NCBI GenBank assembly: GCA_019058365.1
Contig: JAHPZE010000006.1
Coordinates: 110,080-174,079, forward strand
DNA length: 64,000 bases
Reading direction: 5' to 3'
Source: Promethearchaeota archaeon
GTDB lineage: Archaea > Asgardarchaeota > Lokiarchaeia > Sigyniarchaeales > SOKP01
Shown: in pieces, positions 1 to 8,881 of the stretch
Layout: each line of letters begins with the position of its first letter
Position numbering within the stretch: the first letter of the stretch is position 1
Made by a program: the position numbers and the translations under genes
The notes under the pieces: generated by a model
What the model was told of the DNA's origin: nothing
The model's database searches: none
The model's input: only the letters and a program-made list of their open reading frames with translations

Positions 1-159
1 ATAAATAAATGTGATTATTATTAAATAAAATAATTTTCAGAATTAAAGATATTGCATCGTAAAATTATTTTTAAGAATACAATAATTTTTTTACAATGAA
101 TAATGATTCCCTTATAGAATAAGAAGTTCAGTAATAAAACTCTAAAAAAACAAGAAATT

Positions 160-684
160 ATGGATGGATATACTGATTCAGACTGGAACTGGGATTTTTA
201 TAACGAACTTGTAGATGATGTAGAGGAAAACAAAAATATTATTCAGTGTATTTCTTGTGGTAAATGTGTAGGTGATTGTCCAGCTGCAAAAGTGTCTAAC
301 TTCAATATTAGGAAAATAATTAGTAAGGTCCTTCGAGGAGATAAAAGTGTTTTAAAGGATTCTGATATTTGGTATTGTTATTTATGTGAAAGATGTAAAA
401 GAGTTTGTCCAAAAGATAACATTAATATCCCCCTACTTATTATTAATTTAAGAAATGAAAGCTTTAAGAAAGGGTATGGTCCTCGTTATAATGATTTACG
501 TAAATACGTGGAGATGTCTGAAAGATTTTTGACTAACGGTACCGTTTTGGAAGATCCTTTAGGTGGTGGTTTACCACCGGAACGCATGGAAGAATTAAAT
601 GAAATTTGTAATTTTGCTCGAATAAATTATGTATTTAAAGCAAGAAAACATAAAAATAAACAAAAAGGCAAGAAAAAATCATAA
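160..684 (+). CDS. hdrC: Heterodisulfide reductase subunit C-like iron-sulfur protein
   Basis: 174 aa with two ferredoxin-type motifs, CISCGKCVGDCP and CYLCERCKRVCP. A CCG-domain HdrB-like gene follows 15 nt downstream, the classic hdrCB order. Confidence 0.75.
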   Translation: MDGYTDSDWNWDFYNELVDDVEENKNIIQCISCGKCVGDCPAAKVSNFNIRKIISKVLRGDKSVLKDSDIWYCYLCERCKRVCPKDNINIPLLIINLRNESFKKGYGPRYNDLRKYVEMSERFLTNGTVLEDPLGGGLPPERMEELNEICNFARINYVFKARKHKNKQKGKKKS

Positions 685-699
685 TCGAGATTCAAAAAA

Positions 700-1713
700 A
701 TGGAAGTTGTTGATTTAGCACTAAATTTAGATGAAATTGAAAGAGATTATCCTGAAAATCCTTTAGACTATTTTAAAGATAAAAAATTATGCCTTTTTAA
801 AGCTTGCTTGGAAAAATATTTTCCAGGTGTAAGATGGGGTTTTCAGGACCTTCTGGAAGAACTTCACTTAAATGTAGCTATGTGTGTGAATCAATCGTGC
901 TGCTCTGGTACTTTTTTTCAACGAAATTTAATAACAAGGGCGCAATTTGCGGCTATTAATGAGAGGAATCTAAATGAAATGAATCAGATAGCCGATATAG
1001 TGTTCTTTAGCTGTAATGGTTGTTACAATAGTCTGTTAAGAGGGCGAGAATTTTTAAAAATTCCTGATGTAAAAAAAAAAACTAATGAAATACTGAATGG
1101 ATTAAAAAAAAAGAGAATAGGTGTTAATTATCCCAATAAATACGAAATTCTTGAAAATCTTGATCTCAAATTAGTACATGATTTAGATTTCTTATATTTA
1201 ATTCGAAACGATGTTCTTAACTCTTTAAAGTTTGATTTGAAAAATCTTAAAGTTGCTATTCATTATGGATGCCATTACTTGAATTTATCAAGAGATAAAA
1301 GAAATATTGAAGAATATATAAAAGACAAAACTAAATTAGATGAATTAATTAATCTCTTTGGGGGTATTCCAATTGATTATCAAGAAAGAGAGAGTTGTTG
1401 TGGATGGGGGGCTTCCCAGCTCATAATAAACCCTCGTGAAGCGCTAAAGATAACCGCTAATAAACTAAAAAGCGCTCAAGATGTAGGAGCGGATTTTATG
1501 ATAACACCCTGCCCAACTTGTTTATATACTCTAAGTAAACCCGAATACCGAGAGAAAATGCATAAGTGGTTTGGTGAGAAGTTAGACATTCCCACAATAC
1601 ATTTAAATGAACTAATAGCTATATTGCGAGGATGTGAAGAAGAACGCTGTATCACCCTTAGACGAAAGACTCCTCGTTTAGATGAGATTTTTGAAATAAT
1701 TACAAAAGAATAA
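700..1713 (+). CDS. hdrB: Heterodisulfide reductase subunit B-like (two CCG domains)
   Basis: 337 aa with Cys-rich CCG-type motifs (NQSCCSGT, ERESCCGWGAS, TPCPTC). It sits immediately downstream of hdrC. Confidence 0.8.
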   Translation: MEVVDLALNLDEIERDYPENPLDYFKDKKLCLFKACLEKYFPGVRWGFQDLLEELHLNVAMCVNQSCCSGTFFQRNLITRAQFAAINERNLNEMNQIADIVFFSCNGCYNSLLRGREFLKIPDVKKKTNEILNGLKKKRIGVNYPNKYEILENLDLKLVHDLDFLYLIRNDVLNSLKFDLKNLKVAIHYGCHYLNLSRDKRNIEEYIKDKTKLDELINLFGGIPIDYQERESCCGWGASQLIINPREALKITANKLKSAQDVGADFMITPCPTCLYTLSKPEYREKMHKWFGEKLDIPTIHLNELIAILRGCEEERCITLRRKTPRLDEIFEIITKE

Positions 1714-1750
1714 AACAATTATTAATATTTCTATGAATACTAAATTAGCA

Positions 1751-3130
1751 TCACAATTCTTTAATTGCTAATCGTGGACAAGAATCCAAACATAGTAAGC
1801 ATCCAATACATTTTTCATAGTAAAATGCTAACCTATCATCTTTATCTAAGTATAGAGCATTAGTAGGACATAACGAAACACATGCTCCACAATTAATACA
1901 TTTATCCTCATCTATTATAAATCGCTGATTCTTAGCGACTGTTTTTAAATCGCTATTATCTAGGTAAGTTAAAGTGTTTTGTTTGAAATCTTTTAAAAAT
2001 TTTAATTTTGAGGTTTGTTTCATTGGTTTAACGACTGTTTTAGTAGGTAAAGTTTCAGCAGGAGGATTCAAGAAAAATTTTCCATCTTCTATCCATTTTT
2101 TAAGCGTTTCAGCTATTTTACGCGCATAAAATAAAGATGACAATGAGGAGCATTTTATTTTTTTGCCATCTAACTCGATATGTCCACTTTTCAATTCCAT
2201 ATAACTCACTTGCTTCAGTTCTGGTTTATCTCTCTTGGGTTTTCCATAATCTAAAACCTCTGTTAGTAAAATCTCATCATTTACAGCAGTTTTTCTAGCT
2301 AAACCCTCATTTAGTATTGGTATTGGTATTCCTACTCCTACAGATAAAGATGTACCATACTTTTCATAAGCTACTCCTCGTAAATATTCTGGACTCATTT
2401 GTTTCATATCTCCTTTAACAAATAAAGCTCCAAATCTGTTTGTGGGATTATGTTGGGTACCCTCTCCCATAATGTATCCAATTCCCCCACCTAAAAAGAT
2501 CCTAGTTCCGATTCCGATGGTTTCATAATCAGGATCATTACTCAAAGGATTCAAGCATCCCGCTCCAGCATAATGAGCATTTCCAAAATGAGGTAATAAT
2601 TTTCCCATATATGTATATAATGTTTTATTTGAACTATTTACAGCACATACATATCTCTGATAAGCATTTCTAGGATTGCATAAAATTGCTTGATTGATGT
2701 CTTCGATTGTAAATTCTGTGTCCACTTCTGCTAAGGGGTAACAATCAGTAGTATAAGAATTACCTTTTAATCTTATTAATTTCCCTGAGACTAAATCTTC
2801 AATGACATGACCACCACCATATTCAAAAGGCTTTTTATCTGACATCCTCGTGCTACCTATATAACAATCTACTGCAGCATTTCCATGATATGCCATAACA
2901 TCATTCAAAAATAATTCATCGAACTTAACGGGAGGGTCACTATGGCCAAAATTGAGAAAAGCTCCACTTGAACACATAGGTCCAAAAGTACCTGTAGTTA
3001 CTATATCAATCTCATCAGCAGCTACCTTAATACTTCTATCTTCTACAAATTTAATCATTTCTTCAGCTGTAACTACCACAACATCACCATTTTTTATTTT
3101 CTCATTTATTTCATTATAAGTTTTTAGCAC
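1751..3130 (-). CDS. COG1900/DUF39 (homocysteine biosynthesis, sulfur-incorporation type) protein fused to a 2x[4Fe-4S] ferredoxin domain
   Basis: 459 aa. The N-terminal ~370 aa (DVVVVTAEEM, VDIVTTGTFGPMCSSGAFLNFGH) resemble the methanogen COG1900 family as I recall it. The C-terminus carries CINCGACVSLCP and CIGCLLCLDSCP. Confidence 0.65.
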   Translation of the reverse strand: MLKTYNEINEKIKNGDVVVVTAEEMIKFVEDRSIKVAADEIDIVTTGTFGPMCSSGAFLNFGHSDPPVKFDELFLNDVMAYHGNAAVDCYIGSTRMSDKKPFEYGGGHVIEDLVSGKLIRLKGNSYTTDCYPLAEVDTEFTIEDINQAILCNPRNAYQRYVCAVNSSNKTLYTYMGKLLPHFGNAHYAGAGCLNPLSNDPDYETIGIGTRIFLGGGIGYIMGEGTQHNPTNRFGALFVKGDMKQMSPEYLRGVAYEKYGTSLSVGVGIPIPILNEGLARKTAVNDEILLTEVLDYGKPKRDKPELKQVSYMELKSGHIELDGKKIKCSSLSSLFYARKIAETLKKWIEDGKFFLNPPAETLPTKTVVKPMKQTSKLKFLKDFKQNTLTYLDNSDLKTVAKNQRFIIDEDKCINCGACVSLCPTNALYLDKDDRLAFYYEKCIGCLLCLDSCPRLAIKEL

Positions 3131-3345
3131 AATATCACCAACATTTTACTCCTTTGTCATTATTAATTCTGTTAATAAAATAAAAATATGCATATTAATA
3201 AATTCTAACGACTAAAATATTCATTAAATGCATATAATATGCATCAGATTTATATCATAATTATAGAGCAGAGAAGAAAAGCCATTTAGGAATAATTTTT
3301 ATACTTGTTATGTTTTCCACAATTACATCCCCAATATTATAGGTT

Positions 3346-4242
3346 ATGACTAATACGAAAATTGATAATTTCCATTCTAGACGGAACATAATAGCTATAT
3401 TTCTTTTGATTATAACTACAGTGCTCTGGGGAACATCTTTTATTATTACTAAAAATATAACAGAAAATATCCCTATATTCTTATATCTTGGTTTACGATT
3501 TTTAATAGCATTTTTAGGATTCATTCCTTTTTTTCCACATTTTAAGAATCTGAACAAAAAAATTATAATTATGGGCTTAATAACAGGCACATTGTACTTT
3601 TTTGGGATGGTATTTCAAACTTATGGACTCCAATCGACAACTGCGGGTAAAACAGGCTTTATTACAGGTTTAAGTACAGTCATAGTTCCTTTTATCGCAT
3701 GGTTAGGATATAAAAAACCATTAAATATAAGAATTTGGATTGCTGTAATGTTATCCCTCATAGGTATGGCATTTTTATTGTTGGAGGGTGAATCTGGGTT
3801 CATTATAGGTGATTTACTAGTATTAGTTTGTGCTTTTATCTTTGCATTCTATATTGTTTTAAATGATAAGTATGTTCGCATAACGGACGTATATCTATAC
3901 TCAATTATTCAAATTTGTGTTATCACCCTATTCAGTTTTGTTTGTTCTTTACTTCTAGGAGAATCATATAACTCACTATCAAATCCACCAACTTTCTGGT
4001 TTGTTATGATTTATATGGGGATTGCTGTTATGACAGTCACAGTTTTATTTCAAAATTGGAGTCAACAATATCAAGAACCAACTCAAACTGCAATAATATT
4101 TACCCTTGAACCTGTATTTGCTGTATTATTTGGGTTCCTTATAGGAAGTGAAATCCTAACACTATTTGGTTGGCTTGGATGTGGGTTAATCTTGATAGCA
4201 ATTCTTACAACTGTTTTAAAGAATACTAATAATAAAGAATAA
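3346..4242 (+). CDS. EamA/DMT-family transporter
   Basis: 298 aa, about 10 hydrophobic helices in two similar halves, typical of drug/metabolite transporter (EamA repeat) proteins. Confidence 0.7.
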   Translation: MTNTKIDNFHSRRNIIAIFLLIITTVLWGTSFIITKNITENIPIFLYLGLRFLIAFLGFIPFFPHFKNLNKKIIIMGLITGTLYFFGMVFQTYGLQSTTAGKTGFITGLSTVIVPFIAWLGYKKPLNIRIWIAVMLSLIGMAFLLLEGESGFIIGDLLVLVCAFIFAFYIVLNDKYVRITDVYLYSIIQICVITLFSFVCSLLLGESYNSLSNPPTFWFVMIYMGIAVMTVTVLFQNWSQQYQEPTQTAIIFTLEPVFAVLFGFLIGSEILTLFGWLGCGLILIAILTTVLKNTNNKE

Positions 4243-4496
4243 AATAAGAAAAAACTATTTTAATTAGATTAAACTGCCTGAAATTTCTTAAATTTTTCAT
4301 TTTGGCGCTTTTAATATAGGTCTAAAGACTTAATACGTGATGAAATAAAAAAAGTTTTACTTTAAAACATATTTAAATAATTAGATAATTATTAATATCT
4401 AAATAAGGGTTGTTTTATCGGTAAATTGCTATTTTAAACAGTAAATTACTAAATTGAACCTTTTACTAGAATAATCAAATATATGTGAAATAATAC

Positions 4497-4655
4497 ATGT
4501 CCGCACATAAATTAAAACCTAAAGATTTAACCATATGCAATAAGTGCGGGAATGTAATGGTAAACAGAAGGATACGTACTAATAACTCAGGTAAAGTTAC
4601 TTTTCAAAGGGTTCTGCAATGTATCGTATGCAGATATTGGATCTCATTAGATTAG
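4497..4655 (+). CDS. Small zinc-ribbon protein (52 aa, below the ORF-track cutoff)
   Basis: Hand translation gives MSAHKLKPKDLTICNKCGNVMVNRRIRTNNSGKVTFQRVLQCIVCRYWISLD with CxxC...CxxC. A hairpin plus T-run follows 27 nt downstream. Confidence 0.35.
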   Translation: MSAHKLKPKDLTICNKCGNVMVNRRIRTNNSGKVTFQRVLQCIVCRYWISLD

Positions 4656-4681
4656 CTTTTTATATAATATTTCTAGAAATT

Positions 4682-4715
4682 TTTGAGTTGCTTTCATAAC
4701 TCAAATCTTTTTTTT
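4682..4715 (+). terminator. Hairpin followed by a T8 run (terminator-like)
   Basis: TTTGAGTT-gctttcat-AACTCAAA stem-loop, then tcTTTTTTTT. It lies just downstream of the small zinc-ribbon ORF. Confidence 0.3.
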
Positions 4716-4756
4716 AAAAATAATTCAAATCATCCTCATTTAGATGTTAAAAGAAA

Positions 4757-4904
4757 GGTAAGGGAAAAGAAATTTGCGTCAAATTTTAAAATCAGGGAGA
4801 GAATTAAACTCGTTAGAGTTTAATAGAGGGCGAATTTTGGTGATCTCCCGATCTGAGTAGACCTATCCAATGTTTACACAAATTTTCTTATAGATTCCCT
4901 TACT
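4757..4904 (+). ncRNA. Candidate structured RNA of unknown class
   Basis: Locally GC-richer patch inside an 837-nt non-coding gap. Nested complementarity: GGTAAGGGAA (4757-4766) with TTCCCTTACT (4895-4904); GGGAGA (4795-4800) with TCTCCC (4844-4849); a 9-bp hairpin 4803-4811/4816-4824 with loop GTTA. Strand is uncertain. Confidence 0.2.
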
Positions 4905-5079
4905 TAGTTAATAAATATATTTTTTTAATATAAAAACCATCTTATTATATTTTATTATGTGTCAATATCAAGAACAAGTTTTAAATCATAAATTCTGACT
5001 TCAATCTTCTTTTTTTGCCGCTTTATTGGAAAATACTCAATCCCATTTAAGAAAATCCTATTTAAGAGCAAAATATATT

Positions 5080-5895
5080 TTATTTCAAAAGTTCTGTAAT
5101 CTTTATTTTTAGTCCATCTTCAGCAGCAACAATGTTCTTGATATTTGTGTATTTTTGAAGTTTAGCGGTCTGACTAGGGACATAATTTTTAGTTGACATT
5201 GAGCTATCCATATATGTCCCAAAATGAGTAATAATAAGACCGTCAAGTGGAGGGTTAATTTTGTTTAGATAAGGTATAACTTCATCAGTACATAGATGTC
5301 TCTTACATACAATAGAATCTGGACGCAAAAGGTTAAGAATTAAAATATTGACACCAGAAAATTCCTTTGAAAAGCCTTCATATACACTTGTATCACTTGA
5401 AAAAGCTAGTGAATAATCTTTAAGGTTAAATTTAACTCCAAAACCCTCGTTTTTAGGAGAATGAACTACTTTAGTTCCGATAATTTCAATATTTTTATAA
5501 TTGAATGAATCTCCCGCTTTAAATTTTACAATTTTATCGAGCATATCAAGATGGTACTTAGAAATATACTTCAAAACTTCACTTGTAGTAATTAATGTTC
5601 CTTTTTTATAGTATTTATAATTTCTGTCGTGTAAGATTTCTCGTGAGCTTTCAATCATAGCACTTAAATCACTATAATGGTCAACATGAGCATGGGTTGC
5701 AATAAAGAGTTCTGTCTTTACTGGATCTTCTTTAAATTGGTTAATTCGAACAATGGCACCAGGTCCAGGATCTATATGAGATTGTATATCGTTAAATTTA
5801 TAGATAACACCTCCTGTGGCCCTAAATTGAGTTCTAATATGATGTCGACCACCCCCTGATCCGAGAAAAACTAGTTCATCAGCCATATTAACCAT
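5080..5895 (-). CDS. MBL-fold metallo-hydrolase, RNase Z/PhnP-like phosphodiesterase
   Basis: 271 aa. N-terminal LVFLGSGGG, metal motif THAHVDHYSD (HxHxDH) and a late ITHFG histidine. Its start is 18 nt downstream of the small GTPase gene's stop on the same strand. Confidence 0.8.
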   Translation of the reverse strand: MVNMADELVFLGSGGGRHHIRTQFRATGGVIYKFNDIQSHIDPGPGAIVRINQFKEDPVKTELFIATHAHVDHYSDLSAMIESSREILHDRNYKYYKKGTLITTSEVLKYISKYHLDMLDKIVKFKAGDSFNYKNIEIIGTKVVHSPKNEGFGVKFNLKDYSLAFSSDTSVYEGFSKEFSGVNILILNLLRPDSIVCKRHLCTDEVIPYLNKINPPLDGLIITHFGTYMDSSMSTKNYVPSQTAKLQKYTNIKNIVAAEDGLKIKITELLK

Positions 5896-5913
5896 TTTTA
5901 TAATTAAAGAAGT

Positions 5914-6432
5914 TTAATATTTGGTTGCATTCACTAATTTTTTTGTTATCATTTCAAATGCTTTTTCAACATTGTATCCCGTTTTAGCTGATGTTTTTAT
6001 GAAATCTATCATATTAAAAGTATTCTTTAAATGAAGAGCACTTTCATCATCTACAGCAATTAAATCTTGGAGATCTGCTTTTGTTCCTATTAGTAAAATT
6101 GGTAAATTTAAATCATGTAATCGAGCCATATTTACCCACTCAAGTATGTCTCCTATCTTGGGCATTCTTGTTAAATCAAATAAAAGAAGTGCCCCTCTTG
6201 CCCCCATTACAAAATTCTCTAAAAGATATCTAAAGCGTTCTTGACCTCCTAAATCCCATAATTGTAAAAGACAATGTGCATCATCAAAATTAAGCTCTGT
6301 TGTGTAAAAATCCACACCAACTGTCATTATACTTGACTCATCAAACATACCATCGACATATCTTCTTAGAAGTGATGTCTTGCCCACACTTGCATTTCCG
6401 GCAATTAAAATTTTAAAGATAAAATTTTTCAT
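5914..6432 (-). CDS. Ras/Rab-like small GTPase
   Basis: 172 aa with the full G-box set: G1 GNASVGKTS, switch-I T in MTVGVDF, G3 WDLGGQE, G4 GTKAD, G5 TSAK. There is no C-terminal prenylation Cys. Confidence 0.9.
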   Translation of the reverse strand: MKNFIFKILIAGNASVGKTSLLRRYVDGMFDESSIMTVGVDFYTTELNFDDAHCLLQLWDLGGQERFRYLLENFVMGARGALLLFDLTRMPKIGDILEWVNMARLHDLNLPILLIGTKADLQDLIAVDDESALHLKNTFNMIDFIKTSAKTGYNVEKAFEMITKKLVNATKY

Positions 6433-6501
6433 GTTTGAATGGGTATATAATAAGTGATAAATATAAGAACACTTATTTATTTTAATACCTTAAAATGAAA
6501 C

Positions 6502-8772
6502 CTAATGTAAATTTTTACTTTCTTGTAGTTGATTAATTAAAATTTCATCAATTTGAGTAAATAATTGTTTGAGATATTCATTTATCTTTATTTGGATTTT
6601 AATCTTTGAATAAGTCTCTTTCTTTTTTTTATCAAAAGCTCCAATTGTCTGTTTCGTAATAGTTTGACCTTTTCGACCTAATTCAGCTAATTTCTGATGG
6701 ATGGGGTTATTTTTATCAAATTTTTTAATTGGAAATTCTAGCGGAAGTTTGAATATATGCCTTGAACTTCTTATTATATTTACTTGGTTTGTCATGAGAT
6801 TGGAATTTAAAATAGCTGACAAATAAAAAGCTTCTTCAAGATCATTAGTATCATAGAAAGATAAATCCCCAGTAATCAAAAAATCTCCCTGTATTACAGC
6901 TGAATTCAGTATAGTGCCAGAATTGTTATATACCACCTTAATTTTTGATAATTGTCTTTGATTTATCAATTTAGACCATCTATCTAAATTTTCTATCAAA
7001 GATTCATGTGTAGTTGTTTCTTTTTTGTATTTAATATATAATTGATTGATTTTATCATAGAATAATTTACCGAACTTGTCTATTTTCTCATACTCAAATT
7101 TTAAATCCGTTTTTGTAAGTGGTAAAAACACGTAATAATAATTATATACATAAAATTTGACTAATTCTGTACTTTTAAGTACATTAAAGATATATTTTGT
7201 TTCAATAGTTTCATTTTCAAATTCTATTTTATTCCATGGGGCTTTAGCTCTTTTGAATATTCGCTTATCAGGAGTTATTTTCGATAAGGAATTATCAATA
7301 CTGTTAAATTTTATAAATATTAGATTTCGCGGATTTAAATCGGCACCTTTATGAAATAAAGGTTTATAATAGCTTTCTTCTAATGGATAGAGGTGATTTA
7401 AGTTCTCTTGTGAGACAAGTTTTTTGGTATACATCTTTCCTGCTTTTTCTTCAATTAAATAAGGCAACAATAATTCTTCTCTTTCTAATTTCAATTCTAC
7501 ATCTTTAAAATACTCAATTGTTTCAATTTCATTCTTTAATGTAAAGTGATAACCTTTAATCTGCTCATTAGAATTTCGTTTTGGTGTTTTTGATTTCTGT
7601 CCAAATAAGCAAATAAAATCGATATTAAATAAAGTTTCAATTTTTCTATCAAAAGTCCAAATTTTTATATTAAAAAATCCTTTAAAATTACGAAATCTAG
7701 AAGCGTGGGAGCCAGTAATGACTCCTTTCGTCATTACAAAAAATATTTTCGCCCTTTCTTTCATAAATGTTTTGTTTGCTTTAGCAAAGAATAAAGTAGA
7801 TATTTCTAGATTTAACAGATTCTTAGGAAGTGGTTTCAATTCTAATCTTTCAGATAGTGCCTTAACTTTATTTTGATACTCAGCAGTTTCTATATCACGA
7901 TAGGTATACCACGGAGGGTTTCCTATTATCAAATCAAACTTTTTATTAAGATTATTCTCTTTTTGAAATAAAAAATCAAAAACATATAAATTTAAATTAA
8001 TATCAGTGAATTTTTCTCTTAGCAGATAGAATAGGTTAATCTTTGATACATAAATTGAGATCGGATTTATATCATAACCATATATGTTATTTATTGCAGT
8101 GATTTTTCTCTCCATAGGCTTATTTTGAGAAAGAATATGTTTTACTGCTTCCATTAAAAAATTTCCCGAACCACAACAAGGATCAAGGATAGATTCTCCA
8201 AAAGAATAGGCATCTCTAATCATCTGTTTTACCAAGAATTGAGGAGTATAATATTCACCAGATTTATGTCTAATAAGCGGAGAAATTATGGTTTGAATTA
8301 AATAATCAAAAATGTATTCGGGATTAATTTCTAATTTGAAAAGATAATTAGAAATTTTTGAAATAAGATCATTAAAAATAGATAAATCTTCTTTTTCAGA
8401 AAGAGAGAATAATGGATCGAAATACACCATTTCAAAAATATTAAGGTTTTTAAAATTGGATTTTAAATTATCTTCAAAATTTTTAAAATTCTTTAATGAT
8501 AATTTATCTTGTGTTAGTAATCTTTCATTGTTTAAAATATATTTTGAGATAAATAAGTGTCCTATGAAATAGATTAAAGCAAAAATAAGATATAATTGTA
8601 TATCCACTTGTTTTTTGCCATATATATTCTCAAAATCTTCTAACCATACTCCAAACTCCAACTCATTTTGATATTCATGTTTTTTTAAAGAATTTTCCAA
8701 GTTTAATAATGTTTCATTTATAAAATGAAAATCTAAATCTTTTTTATCACTTGGGCTTATTGATTTAGCCAA
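6502..8772 (-). CDS. Gamma-class N6-adenine DNA methyltransferase (Eco57I/TaqI-like) with a large C-terminal target-recognition region
   Basis: 756 aa. GEYYTPQFLV (motif X), ILDPCCGSGNFL (motif I, aa ~195) and IIGNPPWYTY (motif IV, aa ~285) occur in gamma-class order. The ~450-aa C-terminal region includes a TaqI_C-like stretch, KPLFHKGADLNPRNLIF. Confidence 0.85.
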   Translation of the reverse strand: MAKSISPSDKKDLDFHFINETLLNLENSLKKHEYQNELEFGVWLEDFENIYGKKQVDIQLYLIFALIYFIGHLFISKYILNNERLLTQDKLSLKNFKNFEDNLKSNFKNLNIFEMVYFDPLFSLSEKEDLSIFNDLISKISNYLFKLEINPEYIFDYLIQTIISPLIRHKSGEYYTPQFLVKQMIRDAYSFGESILDPCCGSGNFLMEAVKHILSQNKPMERKITAINNIYGYDINPISIYVSKINLFYLLREKFTDINLNLYVFDFLFQKENNLNKKFDLIIGNPPWYTYRDIETAEYQNKVKALSERLELKPLPKNLLNLEISTLFFAKANKTFMKERAKIFFVMTKGVITGSHASRFRNFKGFFNIKIWTFDRKIETLFNIDFICLFGQKSKTPKRNSNEQIKGYHFTLKNEIETIEYFKDVELKLEREELLLPYLIEEKAGKMYTKKLVSQENLNHLYPLEESYYKPLFHKGADLNPRNLIFIKFNSIDNSLSKITPDKRIFKRAKAPWNKIEFENETIETKYIFNVLKSTELVKFYVYNYYYVFLPLTKTDLKFEYEKIDKFGKLFYDKINQLYIKYKKETTTHESLIENLDRWSKLINQRQLSKIKVVYNNSGTILNSAVIQGDFLITGDLSFYDTNDLEEAFYLSAILNSNLMTNQVNIIRSSRHIFKLPLEFPIKKFDKNNPIHQKLAELGRKGQTITKQTIGAFDKKKKETYSKIKIQIKINEYLKQLFTQIDEILINQLQESKNLH

Positions 8773-8881
8773 AAATTTAAACTCCTTTTTGTTTGTTGCC
8801 TAATATATTCAATGAAGTAATACTTAAATATTAATTAAATACATGTATATTATTTATTAATCTAAAATTTAAGAGATATTT

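Noticed and set aside
1476-1718. Short ORFs overlapping better-supported genes: 1476-1718, 3261-3590, 3621-3803, 5677-5859, 7157-7354, 9459-9662, 9973-10155, 11040-11324, 11713-11904, 12384-12581, 14410-14610, 14707-14889, 21269-21451, 23802-24056, 25541-25756, 25702-25887, 32715-32936, 33764-34030, 33875-34084, 37055-37258, 39212-39415, 39360-39629, 49166-49351, 55964-56230, 56687-56911, 58577-58801
   Set aside because: All are 60-110 aa, lie antisense or out of frame inside longer ORFs with recognisable domains, and have low-complexity mirror-frame composition.
4841-4858. C/D-box sRNA signature (GTGATC ... TCTGAG)
   Set aside because: The C box is not a proper RUGAUGA, the spacing between the putative boxes is only ~6 nt, and no second box pair or guide region is evident.
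8200-8772. Possible PD-(D/E)xK nuclease domain in the N-terminus of the methyltransferase, which would make it a Type IIG enzyme
   Set aside because: I read the first ~190 aa looking for D...(D/E)xK with flanking strands. Only weak candidates exist (for example LEDFENIYGKK). The region looks all-helical, like the N-terminal helical domain of Eco57I/PglX-type methylases, so I do not claim nuclease activity.
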